A stretch of DNA of 64,000 bases, from positions 74,694 through 138,693 of the forward strand of contig DYID01000006.1 of the NCBI GenBank assembly GCA_020723805.1, read 5' to 3'. The translations under genes were made by a program, and so were the position numbers. Position 1 is the stretch's first letter, and the number at the start of each line of letters is the position of its first letter. The stretch is from Anaerolinea sp. (GTDB lineage Bacteria; Chloroflexota; Anaerolineae; Anaerolineales; Villigracilaceae). The notes under the pieces were generated by a model. That model had not been told where the DNA came from and did not search any database. It saw only the letters and a list, made by a program, of their open reading frames with translations. Shown piece by piece: positions 19,279 to 28,837 of this stretch.

Positions 19279-19344
19279 AGCGGCGGGGATTATACAGGAT
19301 TACACTTAAAGCCGCAAGTTTTCTCCTCCTCGCGGCGTCTTAAT

Positions 19345-19368
19345 ATTACCACTTACCAATTACCAACC
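19345..19368 (+). repeat. CCAATTA heptamer arm abutting a start codon
   Basis: attaccacttaccaattaccaacc-ATG. Confidence 0.65.
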
Positions 19369-20631
19369 ATGAACATCGCCATGCTCTCTTACCACACCTG
19401 CCCCCTCGCCACCCTTGGCGGCAAAGACACGGGCGGCATGAACGTCTACGTCCGTGATCTGACATGTCAACTTGGCAGAATGGGCATTCACGTGGACGTG
19501 TTCACGCGCTCGCAGGACGAACATGTCCCTCACGTCTTGCATGACCTCGGCTATGGCAACCGCGTCGTCCACGTCCCTGCGGGACCCGAAACGCCGCTTC
19601 CCAAAAAGGAACTGGCGGATTTCATCCCCCAATTTGTGGAAGGGGTGGATGCTTTCGCAAAAGAAAAAGGGATTCGCTACGACATCATCCACAGTCACTA
19701 CTGGATGAGCGGCATCGCCGCCGCTTCTCTCTCGGACCTCTGGGGCGGTACGCCCATCATTCACATGTTCCACACCCTGGGTGAGATGAAGAACCGCATC
19801 GCGCGGAGCGAAGAGGAACGCGAGGGTGCGTATCGGCTCGATGGGGAGAGGCAGGTCCTCCGTCGTGCGAACCGTGTCGTCGTCGCTACGCTGGCAGAGT
19901 TGACTCAGTTGCGCTTCCTCTACAAAGCGGATGTGTCCAGGATGGTCGTCATCCCGCCTGGCGTGGATTTGAGTCACTTCTATCCCATCCCGTCCGATGA
20001 GGCAAAGATGTATGTGGGGATCAAGCCCGAAGACCGCATGGTCCTGTTTGTGGGGCGCATCGAACCGCTCAAGGGTGTGGATACGCTCATCCAAGCCATG
20101 TGCTGTCTGACGTTGAAAGACAAAAGCCGTCCTGTGCATCTAGCAATCATTGGGGGTGACCCCTCTGCCAGCCCTGAGACGATGACGGCGGAAATGAAAC
20201 GCCTTCAGGCGTTGTGCGACGAACTTGCCGTGGGGCAGACAGTCGTATTTTTGGGGAAGCGCGATCAGGACAAATTGCCCTATTACTACTCGGCGGCGGA
20301 GGTGCTGGTGATGCCCTCCCATTACGAGTCGTTCGGTATGGTGGCGCTGGAAGCAATGGCATGCGGCACGCCGGTGATCGCTTCGGAAGTGGGCGGGCTG
20401 GCGTATCTGGTGCGCGATGGCGAGACGGGATTTACCATTCCCGCCGAAGAACCCGATACGTTGTGCGAGAAGATTTCGTGGCTGTTGAACGACAAGGAGT
20501 TACATGCGCGGATGAGCGCCCAGGCGGCAGAATATGCGCGGAATTATGCCTGGGAGAAGATTGCGGCTCAAATTGTGGATGAATATCAGAAACTGGCGGG
20601 GGGAGGGAAGTGTCCAATGTCGTGGGCTTAG
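19369..20631 (+). CDS. GT4 glycosyltransferase, MshA (D-inositol-3-phosphate glycosyltransferase)-like
   Basis: HTCPLATLGGKDTGGMNVYV, HSHYWMSG, FVGRIEPLKG and ESFGMVALEA resemble MshA. Confidence 0.75.
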   Translation: MNIAMLSYHTCPLATLGGKDTGGMNVYVRDLTCQLGRMGIHVDVFTRSQDEHVPHVLHDLGYGNRVVHVPAGPETPLPKKELADFIPQFVEGVDAFAKEKGIRYDIIHSHYWMSGIAAASLSDLWGGTPIIHMFHTLGEMKNRIARSEEEREGAYRLDGERQVLRRANRVVVATLAELTQLRFLYKADVSRMVVIPPGVDLSHFYPIPSDEAKMYVGIKPEDRMVLFVGRIEPLKGVDTLIQAMCCLTLKDKSRPVHLAIIGGDPSASPETMTAEMKRLQALCDELAVGQTVVFLGKRDQDKLPYYYSAAEVLVMPSHYESFGMVALEAMACGTPVIASEVGGLAYLVRDGETGFTIPAEEPDTLCEKISWLLNDKELHARMSAQAAEYARNYAWEKIAAQIVDEYQKLAGGGKCPMSWA

Positions 20632-20848
20632 CCACAGAGAACACAGTGATTTTGAGATTTTTTGGCTCTCCCGTTTCTGGCGGGATTATGCCTCGTGAGT
20701 AAGATTTTATGCCACGAATTTACACGGATTTTCACGAATTTTTAGACAATCCGTGTGAATTCGTGAAATCCGTGGCTAAGGGTTTTGGGCTTTCCCGTTA
20801 AAAACGGTAGAACCGATTTTTCTCAGAGATCTCTGTGATCTCTGTGGC
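20631..20848. repeat. Nested GCCAC-initiated 9-10-mer periodic inverted-repeat elements
   Basis: Outer arms 20631-20649 / 20830-20848 match at 17/19; inner arms 20711-20740 / 20749-20776. Confidence 0.75.
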
Positions 20849-20939
20849 AGAAAAATCTTTAGCCCATTCTTTTGACCTCCACTTTGGCAATATGACGTAA
20901 AATAGTGTTCCATTTTGGCTTCGAGAAGGAAATTACAGA

Positions 20940-21686
20940 ATGACGGCTGAGCGTTTGCAAAAAATACTCGCACAGGCGGGATATGGATCGCGCCGCGCCT
21001 GTGAGGATTTTATTACCGCCGGGCGGGTGCGCGTCAACGGGAAGATTGCCCAACTCGGGCAAAAAGCCGACCCGGCGATTGATTCAATTACGGTGGATGG
21101 CAAACCCATCGAAGCGGCGGAGCAACTGGTTTATATTGCCCTGCACAAGCCGCGCAACGTCCTTTCGACAGTGGATGCAGAACCAGGCGACGGACGCCGC
21201 ACCGTGCGCGACTTGGTGGACGTGCCGGAACATGTCCACCCGGTGGGCAGACTGGATTACGAAAGCGAAGGTCTGGTGCTGATGACCAATGATGGCGATC
21301 TGACGAACCGCCTCACACATCCGCGTTACGGGCATGAAAAAGAGTACCGCGTCCTGTTGGCGAAGCGTCCGGACCAGGAACAATTGGCGGCGTGGGGGAG
21401 AGGCGTTGTTCTCGAAGACGGATACAAGACAGCGCCGGTGGATGTCCGCTTGGAAACGACACAAGGCAAAGGCGCATGGGTGAGGGTCATCATGCAGGAG
21501 GGACGCAAGCGGCAAATCCGCGAGACCTGCAAACAACTCGGGCTTCCCGTGGTGCGCATTGTGCGCACCCGCATCGGAACCTTGCGCCTGGGTAATCTCA
21601 AGCCGCGTCAATGGCGGTATCTGACGAAAACCGAGATCGAAGAACTGAAAGCAGGCAAGGCATTAAATCAAAAGAACCGCCGTTGA
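20940..21686 (+). CDS. rluB: RsuA/RluB family rRNA pseudouridine synthase
   Basis: S4 domain (ERLQKILAQAGYGSRR), catalytic GRLD, EGRKRQIR. Confidence 0.8.
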   Translation: MTAERLQKILAQAGYGSRRACEDFITAGRVRVNGKIAQLGQKADPAIDSITVDGKPIEAAEQLVYIALHKPRNVLSTVDAEPGDGRRTVRDLVDVPEHVHPVGRLDYESEGLVLMTNDGDLTNRLTHPRYGHEKEYRVLLAKRPDQEQLAAWGRGVVLEDGYKTAPVDVRLETTQGKGAWVRVIMQEGRKRQIRETCKQLGLPVVRIVRTRIGTLRLGNLKPRQWRYLTKTEIEELKAGKALNQKNRR

Positions 21687-21702
21687 GGCGGTTCCTGTTT
21701 TT
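21672..21702. terminator. Bidirectional terminator between convergent genes
   Basis: GAACCGCC-GTTGA-GGCGGTTC with A-rich and T-rich flanks. Confidence 0.7.
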
Positions 21703-21713
21703 GAGTGTGCTGT

Positions 21714-22355
21714 CTAACTCTGCCGGATATCCCAGAACTTTTTAACGACATCCTTCAGGGCAGTTTTGACATCATTGGGTTTGATGCCATCCACTTTGAA
21801 GGTCAGAATTTTGGTGCTGGCATCTTCACCTGCAAAAAAGCCAAACGAAACAAAGTTGCCGCCTGCGTTGGCGATGGCTTTGGTGACCTTGGCAAGTTCG
21901 CCGGGCTTGTCCTCGATGGTTGCCGTCACGCGGACGCCTTTGTCGCGGGCGCCCATGAGTTCCAGGAAGACCTTGAACAAATCGGTCTCGGTAATCATGC
22001 CGACCACACGGTCGCCGTCCACCACCGGCAAGCCGCCGATCTTTTTGTCCGCCATGATGCGGGCGGCTTCCTCGATGGGCGTATCGCGGCTGACCGTGAT
22101 TACCTTTTTGGTCATGACGTTCTTGACCTTGACCTTGCTGATGAGATAGTTCATCTCCCACACGCTGAGCGTGGTTGCAGAGGAGGGAGCAGCATTCAGC
22201 AAGTCCTTTTCCGAAACAATGCCAACCAGTTTGCCGTCTTTCATGACCGGCGCACGGCGGATATGTTCCTTTTTGAACATCGCCAAAGCGTCGTTAATGG
22301 GCGTTTCTGGCGTGACGGAAATGACAGGGCGGGACATTCTTTCACCGACGAACAT
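21714..22355 (-). CDS. acuB: CBS-pair + ACT domain protein (AcuB-like)
   Basis: Two CBS domains (IRRAPV, KIGGLPV, GMITETD) followed by an ACT domain (DKPGELAKV). Confidence 0.7.
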   Translation of the reverse strand: MFVGERMSRPVISVTPETPINDALAMFKKEHIRRAPVMKDGKLVGIVSEKDLLNAAPSSATTLSVWEMNYLISKVKVKNVMTKKVITVSRDTPIEEAARIMADKKIGGLPVVDGDRVVGMITETDLFKVFLELMGARDKGVRVTATIEDKPGELAKVTKAIANAGGNFVSFGFFAGEDASTKILTFKVDGIKPNDVKTALKDVVKKFWDIRQS

Positions 22356-22448
22356 GGTAACCTCCTAAGTGATTAAAGGGTGGAGTTCGCTAAAAAAATT
22401 ATACGATGGGTCGTTGGCGCGAGAGTCACGAAATTGGAGTGACTTAGG

Positions 22449-23807
22449 TCACTTTGCAAACTCCTTGATGACGCGCGCCATGTGACGGGCATGCTTGAGG
22501 TACAGGTCAATGCGGATGTTTTCGTTCGGGGCGTGGGCGCGGGTGTCGGGGTAACCCAAGCCGGCGGTCGCCACCGGCAGACCGAGGTCATGCACGAACG
22601 GATAGTTCGGACCCGAGCCTCCCACCATCGGGACAAGCTGCATCGGCTGTTCGTATACCTCCTCCGCCGCCTGCACCACGGTTCGGACGAAGGGGTGGTC
22701 TGGATCTGTCCGAGCGGCTGGTTCTCCGCCCAGGAATTTGATCTGCACATCCTCGAAGCCGTGCGCGTCGAGATGGGCGCGCAGTTTTTTGAGGATGTCC
22801 TCAGGCTTCTGATTGGGGACGAGGCGGAAGTCCACTTTGGCGGAGGCGAAGGCAGGCTGGACGGTCTTCGAGCCGGGTCCCTGGTAACCGCTGGTCAGAC
22901 CGCAGATGGTGCAGGTGGGCGTGAAGACTTCCTCCATCTTGAGGTCGGTGCCGCCCGTCAATCCCTTGATGAATTGCTTGACGCCGTAGCGGGTCTTGTA
23001 TTCCTCCGCCACGTCAGGCAGGGCGTCCATCAGTTCGCGGTCGCGCTCGCTGGGCGGGACGACATCATCGTAGAAGCCGGGAATGCGGATGCGTTCATCG
23101 GGTCCCTTCAGCGTGGATAACGCCCAAACGAGACGCCACGCCGCATTCGGGAAGATGGAACCGCCGAGTCCCGAATGCACGTCAATGCCGAGCGCTTCGA
23201 CAGAGAGTTCCACGTAGCAGATGCCGCGCAGTCCGAGGTATTGCATGGGCACGTCGCGGTGATCCACGCCGCCGAATTCCCAAATGCAGGCATCGGCTTT
23301 GAGTTTGTCTTTGTTGGCGCGGATGAAATCGTGCAGATGCACGCTGGAGGTTTCCTCCTCGCCCTCGATGATGAATTTGACGTTGCAGGGCAGTTCGCCT
23401 TCGGTCTCAAGGATGGAGTCAATGGCGTGCAGGCGCGAGACGATATGCCCCTTGTCGTCGCTCACGCCGCGTCCGTACATTTTGCCGTTGCGAATGGACG
23501 GTTCGAAGGGCGGCGTTTCCCACAGTTCGAGCGGTTCGGGCGGCTGAACGTCGTAGTGGTTGTAGAAGAGCAGCGTTTTATCGCTTTTCCCCTTGCGTTC
23601 GGCAAGGACAACGGGCGCGCCTTCGGTTTCGGCGATTTCAGCAGTGAAACCGCGCGCGCGGAGCATGTCCGCGACGAGGGCGGCGCATTCCTTCAAGCCG
23701 ACGCCCTGCGCGCTGATGCTGGGCTGCGCCACCAGCCTGCCGAGTTCGGCAAGGCTTTTGTCGAGGTTGGCTTCGAGGTAGGTGTCAATCTTTTGATATT
23801 CCGACAT
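22449..23807 (-). CDS. M20/M25/M40 family metallopeptidase (dipeptidase-like)
   Basis: YNHYDVQP, GRGVSDDKG, EGEEE, HAPNE. Confidence 0.88.
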   Translation of the reverse strand: MSEYQKIDTYLEANLDKSLAELGRLVAQPSISAQGVGLKECAALVADMLRARGFTAEIAETEGAPVVLAERKGKSDKTLLFYNHYDVQPPEPLELWETPPFEPSIRNGKMYGRGVSDDKGHIVSRLHAIDSILETEGELPCNVKFIIEGEEETSSVHLHDFIRANKDKLKADACIWEFGGVDHRDVPMQYLGLRGICYVELSVEALGIDVHSGLGGSIFPNAAWRLVWALSTLKGPDERIRIPGFYDDVVPPSERDRELMDALPDVAEEYKTRYGVKQFIKGLTGGTDLKMEEVFTPTCTICGLTSGYQGPGSKTVQPAFASAKVDFRLVPNQKPEDILKKLRAHLDAHGFEDVQIKFLGGEPAARTDPDHPFVRTVVQAAEEVYEQPMQLVPMVGGSGPNYPFVHDLGLPVATAGLGYPDTRAHAPNENIRIDLYLKHARHMARVIKEFAK

Positions 23808-23819
23808 GCTGTCTTCTCC

Positions 23820-24620
23820 TTATCGCATGAAATTGGTCAGCCATTCCAGGGAATAATACCCTGCCATTGCAAAGAAGAGCATTTTGATGATTTGCCCCGC
23901 CCATGTGAAGACCAGAAAGGTCTGCACCGGCAGTTTGACCATACCAGCCGCAATCCCCGCCACGTCGAAGAACGGGTTGGGAATAGCAGACAAGACGAAC
24001 ACCGCCCAGCCGCCGTATTTTTCCACCCAGGGGTGCAGGCGTTCGTAGATGTGCGTCCTTTCGACGATGGCTTGCCCGCTGAAGCCTGCCAGATAGCCGG
24101 AGAGTTCGCCGAGCGCGCCGCCCGTCCCTGCCGCCAGCCCCACCCAAAGCGGGTTGAACACCGCGCCCATCGCGTAAATGATGGCAACGCCCGGCGCGGG
24201 CAGGAGCACGGTCGCGTTTGCCATCAAAGCGATGATGAAAATGCCGGCATAGCCAAATCGCTCGAACTCCTCCACACGGCTGCGGATGCTGTAGATGTAG
24301 GCGGTAATCCCGATGACCGCCAGCAGGGCAAGCAGGCGCAGTAAATTGGTGGGGAGGGAGGTCTTCGCTTTTTCAGGCGGAACGGAAACGGGCAGCGCCG
24401 CCGCCATTTCCGCCGGGACGACGGCTGGAGCCGCCTGCGCCGCCGCTTTACGGACGCTTCTTTTCGCCCCGCTGCCTGCTTTTTGTGCCCCGGTTGTTTT
24501 CTCCGCTGCGGCTTTGGCGGGCTTCGCGGAGACGCGCGCAGAGCGCCCGGCAGGACGTTTCTTCTGCCCGGCGGCGGACGTTGTAGAGATCTTCTTATTC
24601 GCTTTCTTCGATGGTGACAC
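23820..24620 (-). CDS. DedA/VTT (SNARE-associated) family membrane protein with a basic N-terminal extension; start uncertain (GTG 24620 or ATG 24407)
   Basis: [29 protein letters not shown]. Confidence 0.8.
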   Translation of the reverse strand: MSPSKKANKKISTTSAAGQKKRPAGRSARVSAKPAKAAAEKTTGAQKAGSGAKRSVRKAAAQAAPAVVPAEMAAALPVSVPPEKAKTSLPTNLLRLLALLAVIGITAYIYSIRSRVEEFERFGYAGIFIIALMANATVLLPAPGVAIIYAMGAVFNPLWVGLAAGTGGALGELSGYLAGFSGQAIVERTHIYERLHPWVEKYGGWAVFVLSAIPNPFFDVAGIAAGMVKLPVQTFLVFTWAGQIIKMLFFAMAGYYSLEWLTNFMR

Positions 24621-25107
24621 GGGTAATCTTTACTGCGGGGGCATTGCGGTTGTTGGGGTCGCGCGGCGGGATGGACATAAGCACATCCAGTCCTTCCACG
24701 ACCTGACCAAAGACGCTGTGCTTGCCATCCAGCCAGGGGGTGGGGACGTGGGTGATGAAGAACTGGGAGCCGTTGGTGCCGGGTCCGGCATTTGCCATGG
24801 AGAGGACGCCTTGCTTGTCGTGGCGCAGGCTGGGGTGAAATTCGTCCTCGAAGCGGTAGCCGGGTCCGCCCATGCCGGTGCCGGTCGGGTCGCCGCCCTG
24901 CGCCATGAAGTTGGCAATGACGCGGTGGAAGATGACGCCGTCGTAAAAGCCTTCGCGCGAGAGGAAGACGAAGTTGTTCACGGTCTTGGGCGTTTTATCG
25001 GCAAAGAGTTCGATGACCATGGTGCCTTTGTCGGTCTCCATGAGCGCCTTGTATTTTTTCTTCGGGTCAATTTGCATGGCGGGCGGGGTGTTCCATTGTT
25101 TGGGCAT
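24595..25107 (-). CDS. ppiB: Cyclophilin-type peptidyl-prolyl isomerase
   Basis: [43 protein letters not shown]; GAGGAG RBS. Confidence 0.9.
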   Translation of the reverse strand: MPKQWNTPPAMQIDPKKKYKALMETDKGTMVIELFADKTPKTVNNFVFLSREGFYDGVIFHRVIANFMAQGGDPTGTGMGGPGYRFEDEFHPSLRHDKQGVLSMANAGPGTNGSQFFITHVPTPWLDGKHSVFGQVVEGLDVLMSIPPRDPNNRNAPAVKITRVTIEESE

Positions 25108-25142
25108 TGGAAATCTCCTCAAGGGGTAATTTGATTTCTGCT

Positions 25143-25189
25143 CACTTTCCACTTTTTACTTTGTGTGGAAGGTGAAAAGTAGAAAGTGG
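25143..25189. repeat. Heptamer-periodic inverted-repeat element (TRRAAAG type)
   Basis: cactttc cactttt tacttt / ggaagg tgaaaag tagaaag tgg lies between udk and ppiB. Confidence 0.7.
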
Positions 25190-25198
25190 ATGGACAGA

Positions 25199-25822
25199 TT
25201 ATTTCAACAGCGCTTCGATGCGCGCCACGACCATATCCAGCGCGGCGGTGTTGTGCCCGCCTTCGGGGATGATGACGTCGGCGTAGCGCTTGGAAGGTTC
25301 GACGAATTCCAGGTGCATGGGGCGGACAGTTGACTGATATTGTTTGATGACCGATTCGGTGGTGCGCCCGCGTTCTTTCAAGTCGCGTTCGAGGCGGCGG
25401 ATGAAGCGGATGTCGGAGTCCGTATCCACGAAGATTTTCACGTCGAACATTTCGCGCAGGGCGGGTTCGGTGAAGATGAGGATGCCCTCCACCAAGATGA
25501 CGGCGCGCGGCTGGACGGTGTAGGTTCGGCTGGTACGGCTGTGGGTGGAGAAATCGTAAATCGGGACCTCGACAGGCTTCCCGTCGCGGAGTGAAGCGAT
25601 GTGCTGAATGAGAAGTTCGGTTTCGAGGGAGTTGGGATGGTCGAAGTTGACTTCCGCGCGTTGGGCAGGGGGGAGTCCGCTCAGGTCTTTGTAGTAGGAG
25701 TCGTGTTGGATGAAGGCGATGCGGTCGGGTCCGACGCGCTGAAGGATTTCCTGAGCGACGGTGGTCTTGCCGGAGCCCGATCCGCCTGCAATGCCGATGA
25801 CCAGCGGGTGAGGATGTTTCAT
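25199..25822 (-). CDS. udk: Uridine kinase
   Basis: GIAGGSGSGKTT, NFDHP, VEGIL, EPSKRYADVIIP; TATAAT lies 6 nt before ATG 25822 (leaderless pattern). Confidence 0.92.
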   Translation of the reverse strand: MKHPHPLVIGIAGGSGSGKTTVAQEILQRVGPDRIAFIQHDSYYKDLSGLPPAQRAEVNFDHPNSLETELLIQHIASLRDGKPVEVPIYDFSTHSRTSRTYTVQPRAVILVEGILIFTEPALREMFDVKIFVDTDSDIRFIRRLERDLKERGRTTESVIKQYQSTVRPMHLEFVEPSKRYADVIIPEGGHNTAALDMVVARIEALLK

Positions 25823-25842
25823 GCCCCGATTATAACCGTAAT

Positions 25843-25872
25843 AAAAACCCCTCTCCGCAGAGAGGGGTTGAG
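25843..25872 (-). terminator. Intrinsic terminator after degV
   Basis: Minus strand ACCCCTCTC-TGCG-GAGAGGGGT followed by TTTT. Confidence 0.65.
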
Positions 25873-25874
25873 GT

Positions 25875-26729
25875 TCACATGCCTGCCATGAAGGCAAGCC
25901 CCACAGTGCCGGGACCGGCGTGGTTTGCCACCACCGGGCTGACTTCGGCGAAGATGCTTTCGACCGGGTTGAGTTCCTTTTCGGCTTTGGCGAGCAGGGC
26001 TCTGGCGTCGTCGGCGGCGTTGGCGTGGAGGGTGGCGAGGCGGACGGGTGACTTGCCTTTGGTTTGTTCGACGACCAGTTCGAGGACGCGTTCATGCGCC
26101 TTGGTCTTGGTGCGGATGCGTTCCAAGCCTTCGACTTTGCCGTCCTGCAGCGCCAGGATGGGTTTCATGTTGAGCAAAGTGCCGAGGAAACGCTGGGCTC
26201 CGCCAATGCGCCCGCCGCGATGGAGAAATTCGAGCGTGTCTACGGCGAAGAAAACGCCTGTGTTTTCGCGGGCTTTTTCTGCCAATGCCAGGCAGTCTTT
26301 GAGGCTTGCTCCGCTTTCGGCGGCGCGCGCGACTGCAAGTACCTGGAAGCCCATTGCCATGGCGGTGGAGGCGCTGTCGAAGATGGTGACTTTTTCGCCC
26401 GCCGCGCCCATCAGTTCGCGCGCCTGCGTGGCGGATTGAATGGTGCCGGAGAGTTTGGATGAGATGAAGATGCCGAAGACATCGTATCCTTTGTCCACCA
26501 GCCCCTGAAAGATGGTTTGCATATCCGGCACTGAGACTTGGGAGGTGGTCGCCATGGTTTTGGAGTTTTTCAAGCGGTTGAAGAACTCCTCCGATTGAAT
26601 ATCCACCCCGTCACGGTAGGTTTTGTCGTCCCAAATCAGCACTTGCGGCGCCACCGTGATGTTGTGCTTTTGCACCAGGTCGGCAGGGATGTAGGCAGTG
26701 CTGTCGGTTACAACGGCGATTTTTGACAT
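25875..26729 (-). CDS. DegV family fatty-acid-binding protein
   Basis: KIAVVTDST, TSQVS, ISSKLSGT, LHRGGRIG, HAGPGTVG. Confidence 0.92.
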   Translation of the reverse strand: MSKIAVVTDSTAYIPADLVQKHNITVAPQVLIWDDKTYRDGVDIQSEEFFNRLKNSKTMATTSQVSVPDMQTIFQGLVDKGYDVFGIFISSKLSGTIQSATQARELMGAAGEKVTIFDSASTAMAMGFQVLAVARAAESGASLKDCLALAEKARENTGVFFAVDTLEFLHRGGRIGGAQRFLGTLLNMKPILALQDGKVEGLERIRTKTKAHERVLELVVEQTKGKSPVRLATLHANAADDARALLAKAEKELNPVESIFAEVSPVVANHAGPGTVGLAFMAGM

Positions 26730-26864
26730 GCTTCCTCCTTAAATTGAGATGAAAAATGGTCTCATTCCCACATCCATTTAAACCCTTTCCCTAATCCGGG
26801 GATACGAATTGTTAGGTATAATAATCTGCAAATTCTGCTTTGACTTTTCATCGAGGAGCCTGCT

Positions 26865-27941
26865 TTGGCGTTCAACCCGATTAATTGGCTTTTGGGCTTG
26901 TTTTCACTGGACATTGCGATAGACTTGGGGACCGCGAATACACTGGTCAATGTGCGCGGCAAGGGCATCGTCATCAACGAACCTTCCTGGGTGACGATTG
27001 ACAAGAGACTTCGGCAGCCTCTTGCCATTGGTTTGGAAGCGAAAGAGATGATGGGGCGGACCCCTGCCAATGTTGCCGTGGTGCGCCCGCTGCGCGACGG
27101 GGTGATTTCGGAGTTCGATGTCACCCAAATCATGCTGGAGTATTTCATCGGGCGGGTGCATGAGCAGAGCGTGGTGCCGCTGCCGCGTCCGCGCGTGGTG
27201 GTGGGGATTCCCACCGGCGTGACCGAGGTCGAGAAACGCGCGGTCTATGACGCGGTCATGGCGGCGGGGGCGCGGGCGGCGTATATGATCGAGGAGCCGA
27301 TTGCGGCGGCGCTGGGCGCCGGTCTGCCTATCCGAGATGTGCGCGGAAGTATGGTAGTGGACATCGGCGGCGGCACGACCGAAGTGGCGGTGCTTTCGAT
27401 GAGCGGCGTGGTGGCGTCTCGTTCCCTCCGTGTGGCAGGCGATGAAATGGATCAGGATATTGTTCAGTACCTGCGGAACAAGTACAACCTGCTGGTGGGC
27501 GAGGGGATCGCCGAACAAGTCAAGTGGCAGATCGGCAGCGCCTATCCGCTGCACCCTGAAAAGACGATGGAAGTGCGCGGGCGCAATCTCGTGACCGGGC
27601 TGCCGGAAAGCATCGAGGTTTCCTCCATCGAAATTCGTGAGGCGCTGTCGGGATCGGTGCAGGTCATCGTGGACACGATCCGCGATGCGCTGGATGAGGT
27701 CCCGCCGGAGATTGTGGCGGATTTGATGGATGTGGGCATCTGCCTGGCGGGCGGCGGCGGCTTGCTCCAAGGGCTGGCAGAACGTTTGACGGATGAGTTG
27801 AAACTGCGCGTGTGGGTGGCGGAAGATCCGCTGACCTGTGTTGCCCGCGGCGCAGCGATGGTCTTTGAAGATTTCGACGGTCTGAGCCGCTATCTGGTTG
27901 GTCTGGAGCGCGGCAGTACGCGCCACGGCGCTTCTTCTTGA
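26865..27941 (+). CDS. mreB: Rod shape-determining protein MreB
   Basis: IDLGTANT, VDIGGGTTE, LAGGGGLL; TTG start with a GAGGAG RBS. Confidence 0.95.
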   Translation: MAFNPINWLLGLFSLDIAIDLGTANTLVNVRGKGIVINEPSWVTIDKRLRQPLAIGLEAKEMMGRTPANVAVVRPLRDGVISEFDVTQIMLEYFIGRVHEQSVVPLPRPRVVVGIPTGVTEVEKRAVYDAVMAAGARAAYMIEEPIAAALGAGLPIRDVRGSMVVDIGGGTTEVAVLSMSGVVASRSLRVAGDEMDQDIVQYLRNKYNLLVGEGIAEQVKWQIGSAYPLHPEKTMEVRGRNLVTGLPESIEVSSIEIREALSGSVQVIVDTIRDALDEVPPEIVADLMDVGICLAGGGGLLQGLAERLTDELKLRVWVAEDPLTCVARGAAMVFEDFDGLSRYLVGLERGSTRHGASS

Positions 27942-27996
27942 TGTGATCGCCGCTCGAGGCGGCGGTTCACGCTGGCTGGTACGCTAACATTAGAGA

Positions 27997-28830
27997 ATGA
28001 GGAATCAACTTTCACGCACGATTCAGACAACGATCATCTTTCTGGTCGTGGGGGGTGTGATGGCGCTTGCGCTGGGGGGATACTTCAGCAGTGCATCGAA
28101 TTTGTTCACCGACTCGCTGGTCAACCTGCAGTTCTGGTTTTCCTCGCGTTTTGTTGCTCTGCAGGATTTTTTCACCGCGCCCCGCGACATCACCTCTCTG
28201 CGCCAGCAAAATGCGGAACTGCAGGCAGAAGTCGCTGAGCTGCAGGCGCAGGTGATTCAATTGCAGCAGCAGGTGGGAGAGACTCAAATCCTCGCCGCGC
28301 TGGTAGACTTTTCCCGTGCGCGCCCTGAGAACACCTACAAAGCCGCCGCAGTCATCGGGCGCGACCCCAGCCCCTTTCTGCACTATATCATCATCAACCG
28401 CGGCTCGAATGACGGAATCCTGCGCGGGATGCCGGTGGTGACGAATCAAGGTCTGGTTGGGCGCGTGGATGCCGTCATTGCCGACGCGGCTCGTGTCCAA
28501 CTGATTACGGACCCTGCTTCGATGGTCAATGTGCGCCTCCAGAACGCCGAGGAGGAAGGCGCGCTGGTCGGCTCGGTGACGGGGGATGTAGTCCTGCAAA
28601 TGATTCCGCAGGATGCCACGATAGAAATCGGCGATCTCGTCCTGACCTCGGGTTTGGGAGGCGGGTATCCGCCCGATTTGATTGTGGGGCAGGTGGTCAA
28701 CGTCCGCACGCGCGACTTCGACCTCTTTCAGCAGGCAACCGTCCAGCCGGTGGTGGATTTCAACCGCCTGCAAATTGTGCTGGTCATTGTCAATTTCAAG
28801 CCGGTGGATATTTCTCCGCTGATTCCCTAA
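27997..28830 (+). CDS. mreC: Rod shape-determining protein MreC
   Basis: TM helix, coiled coil, beta-domain (INRGSNDG, TSGLGGGYP); synteny. Confidence 0.9.
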   Translation: MRNQLSRTIQTTIIFLVVGGVMALALGGYFSSASNLFTDSLVNLQFWFSSRFVALQDFFTAPRDITSLRQQNAELQAEVAELQAQVIQLQQQVGETQILAALVDFSRARPENTYKAAAVIGRDPSPFLHYIIINRGSNDGILRGMPVVTNQGLVGRVDAVIADAARVQLITDPASMVNVRLQNAEEEGALVGSVTGDVVLQMIPQDATIEIGDLVLTSGLGGGYPPDLIVGQVVNVRTRDFDLFQQATVQPVVDFNRLQIVLVIVNFKPVDISPLIP

Positions 28831-28837
28831 TCCTGAT

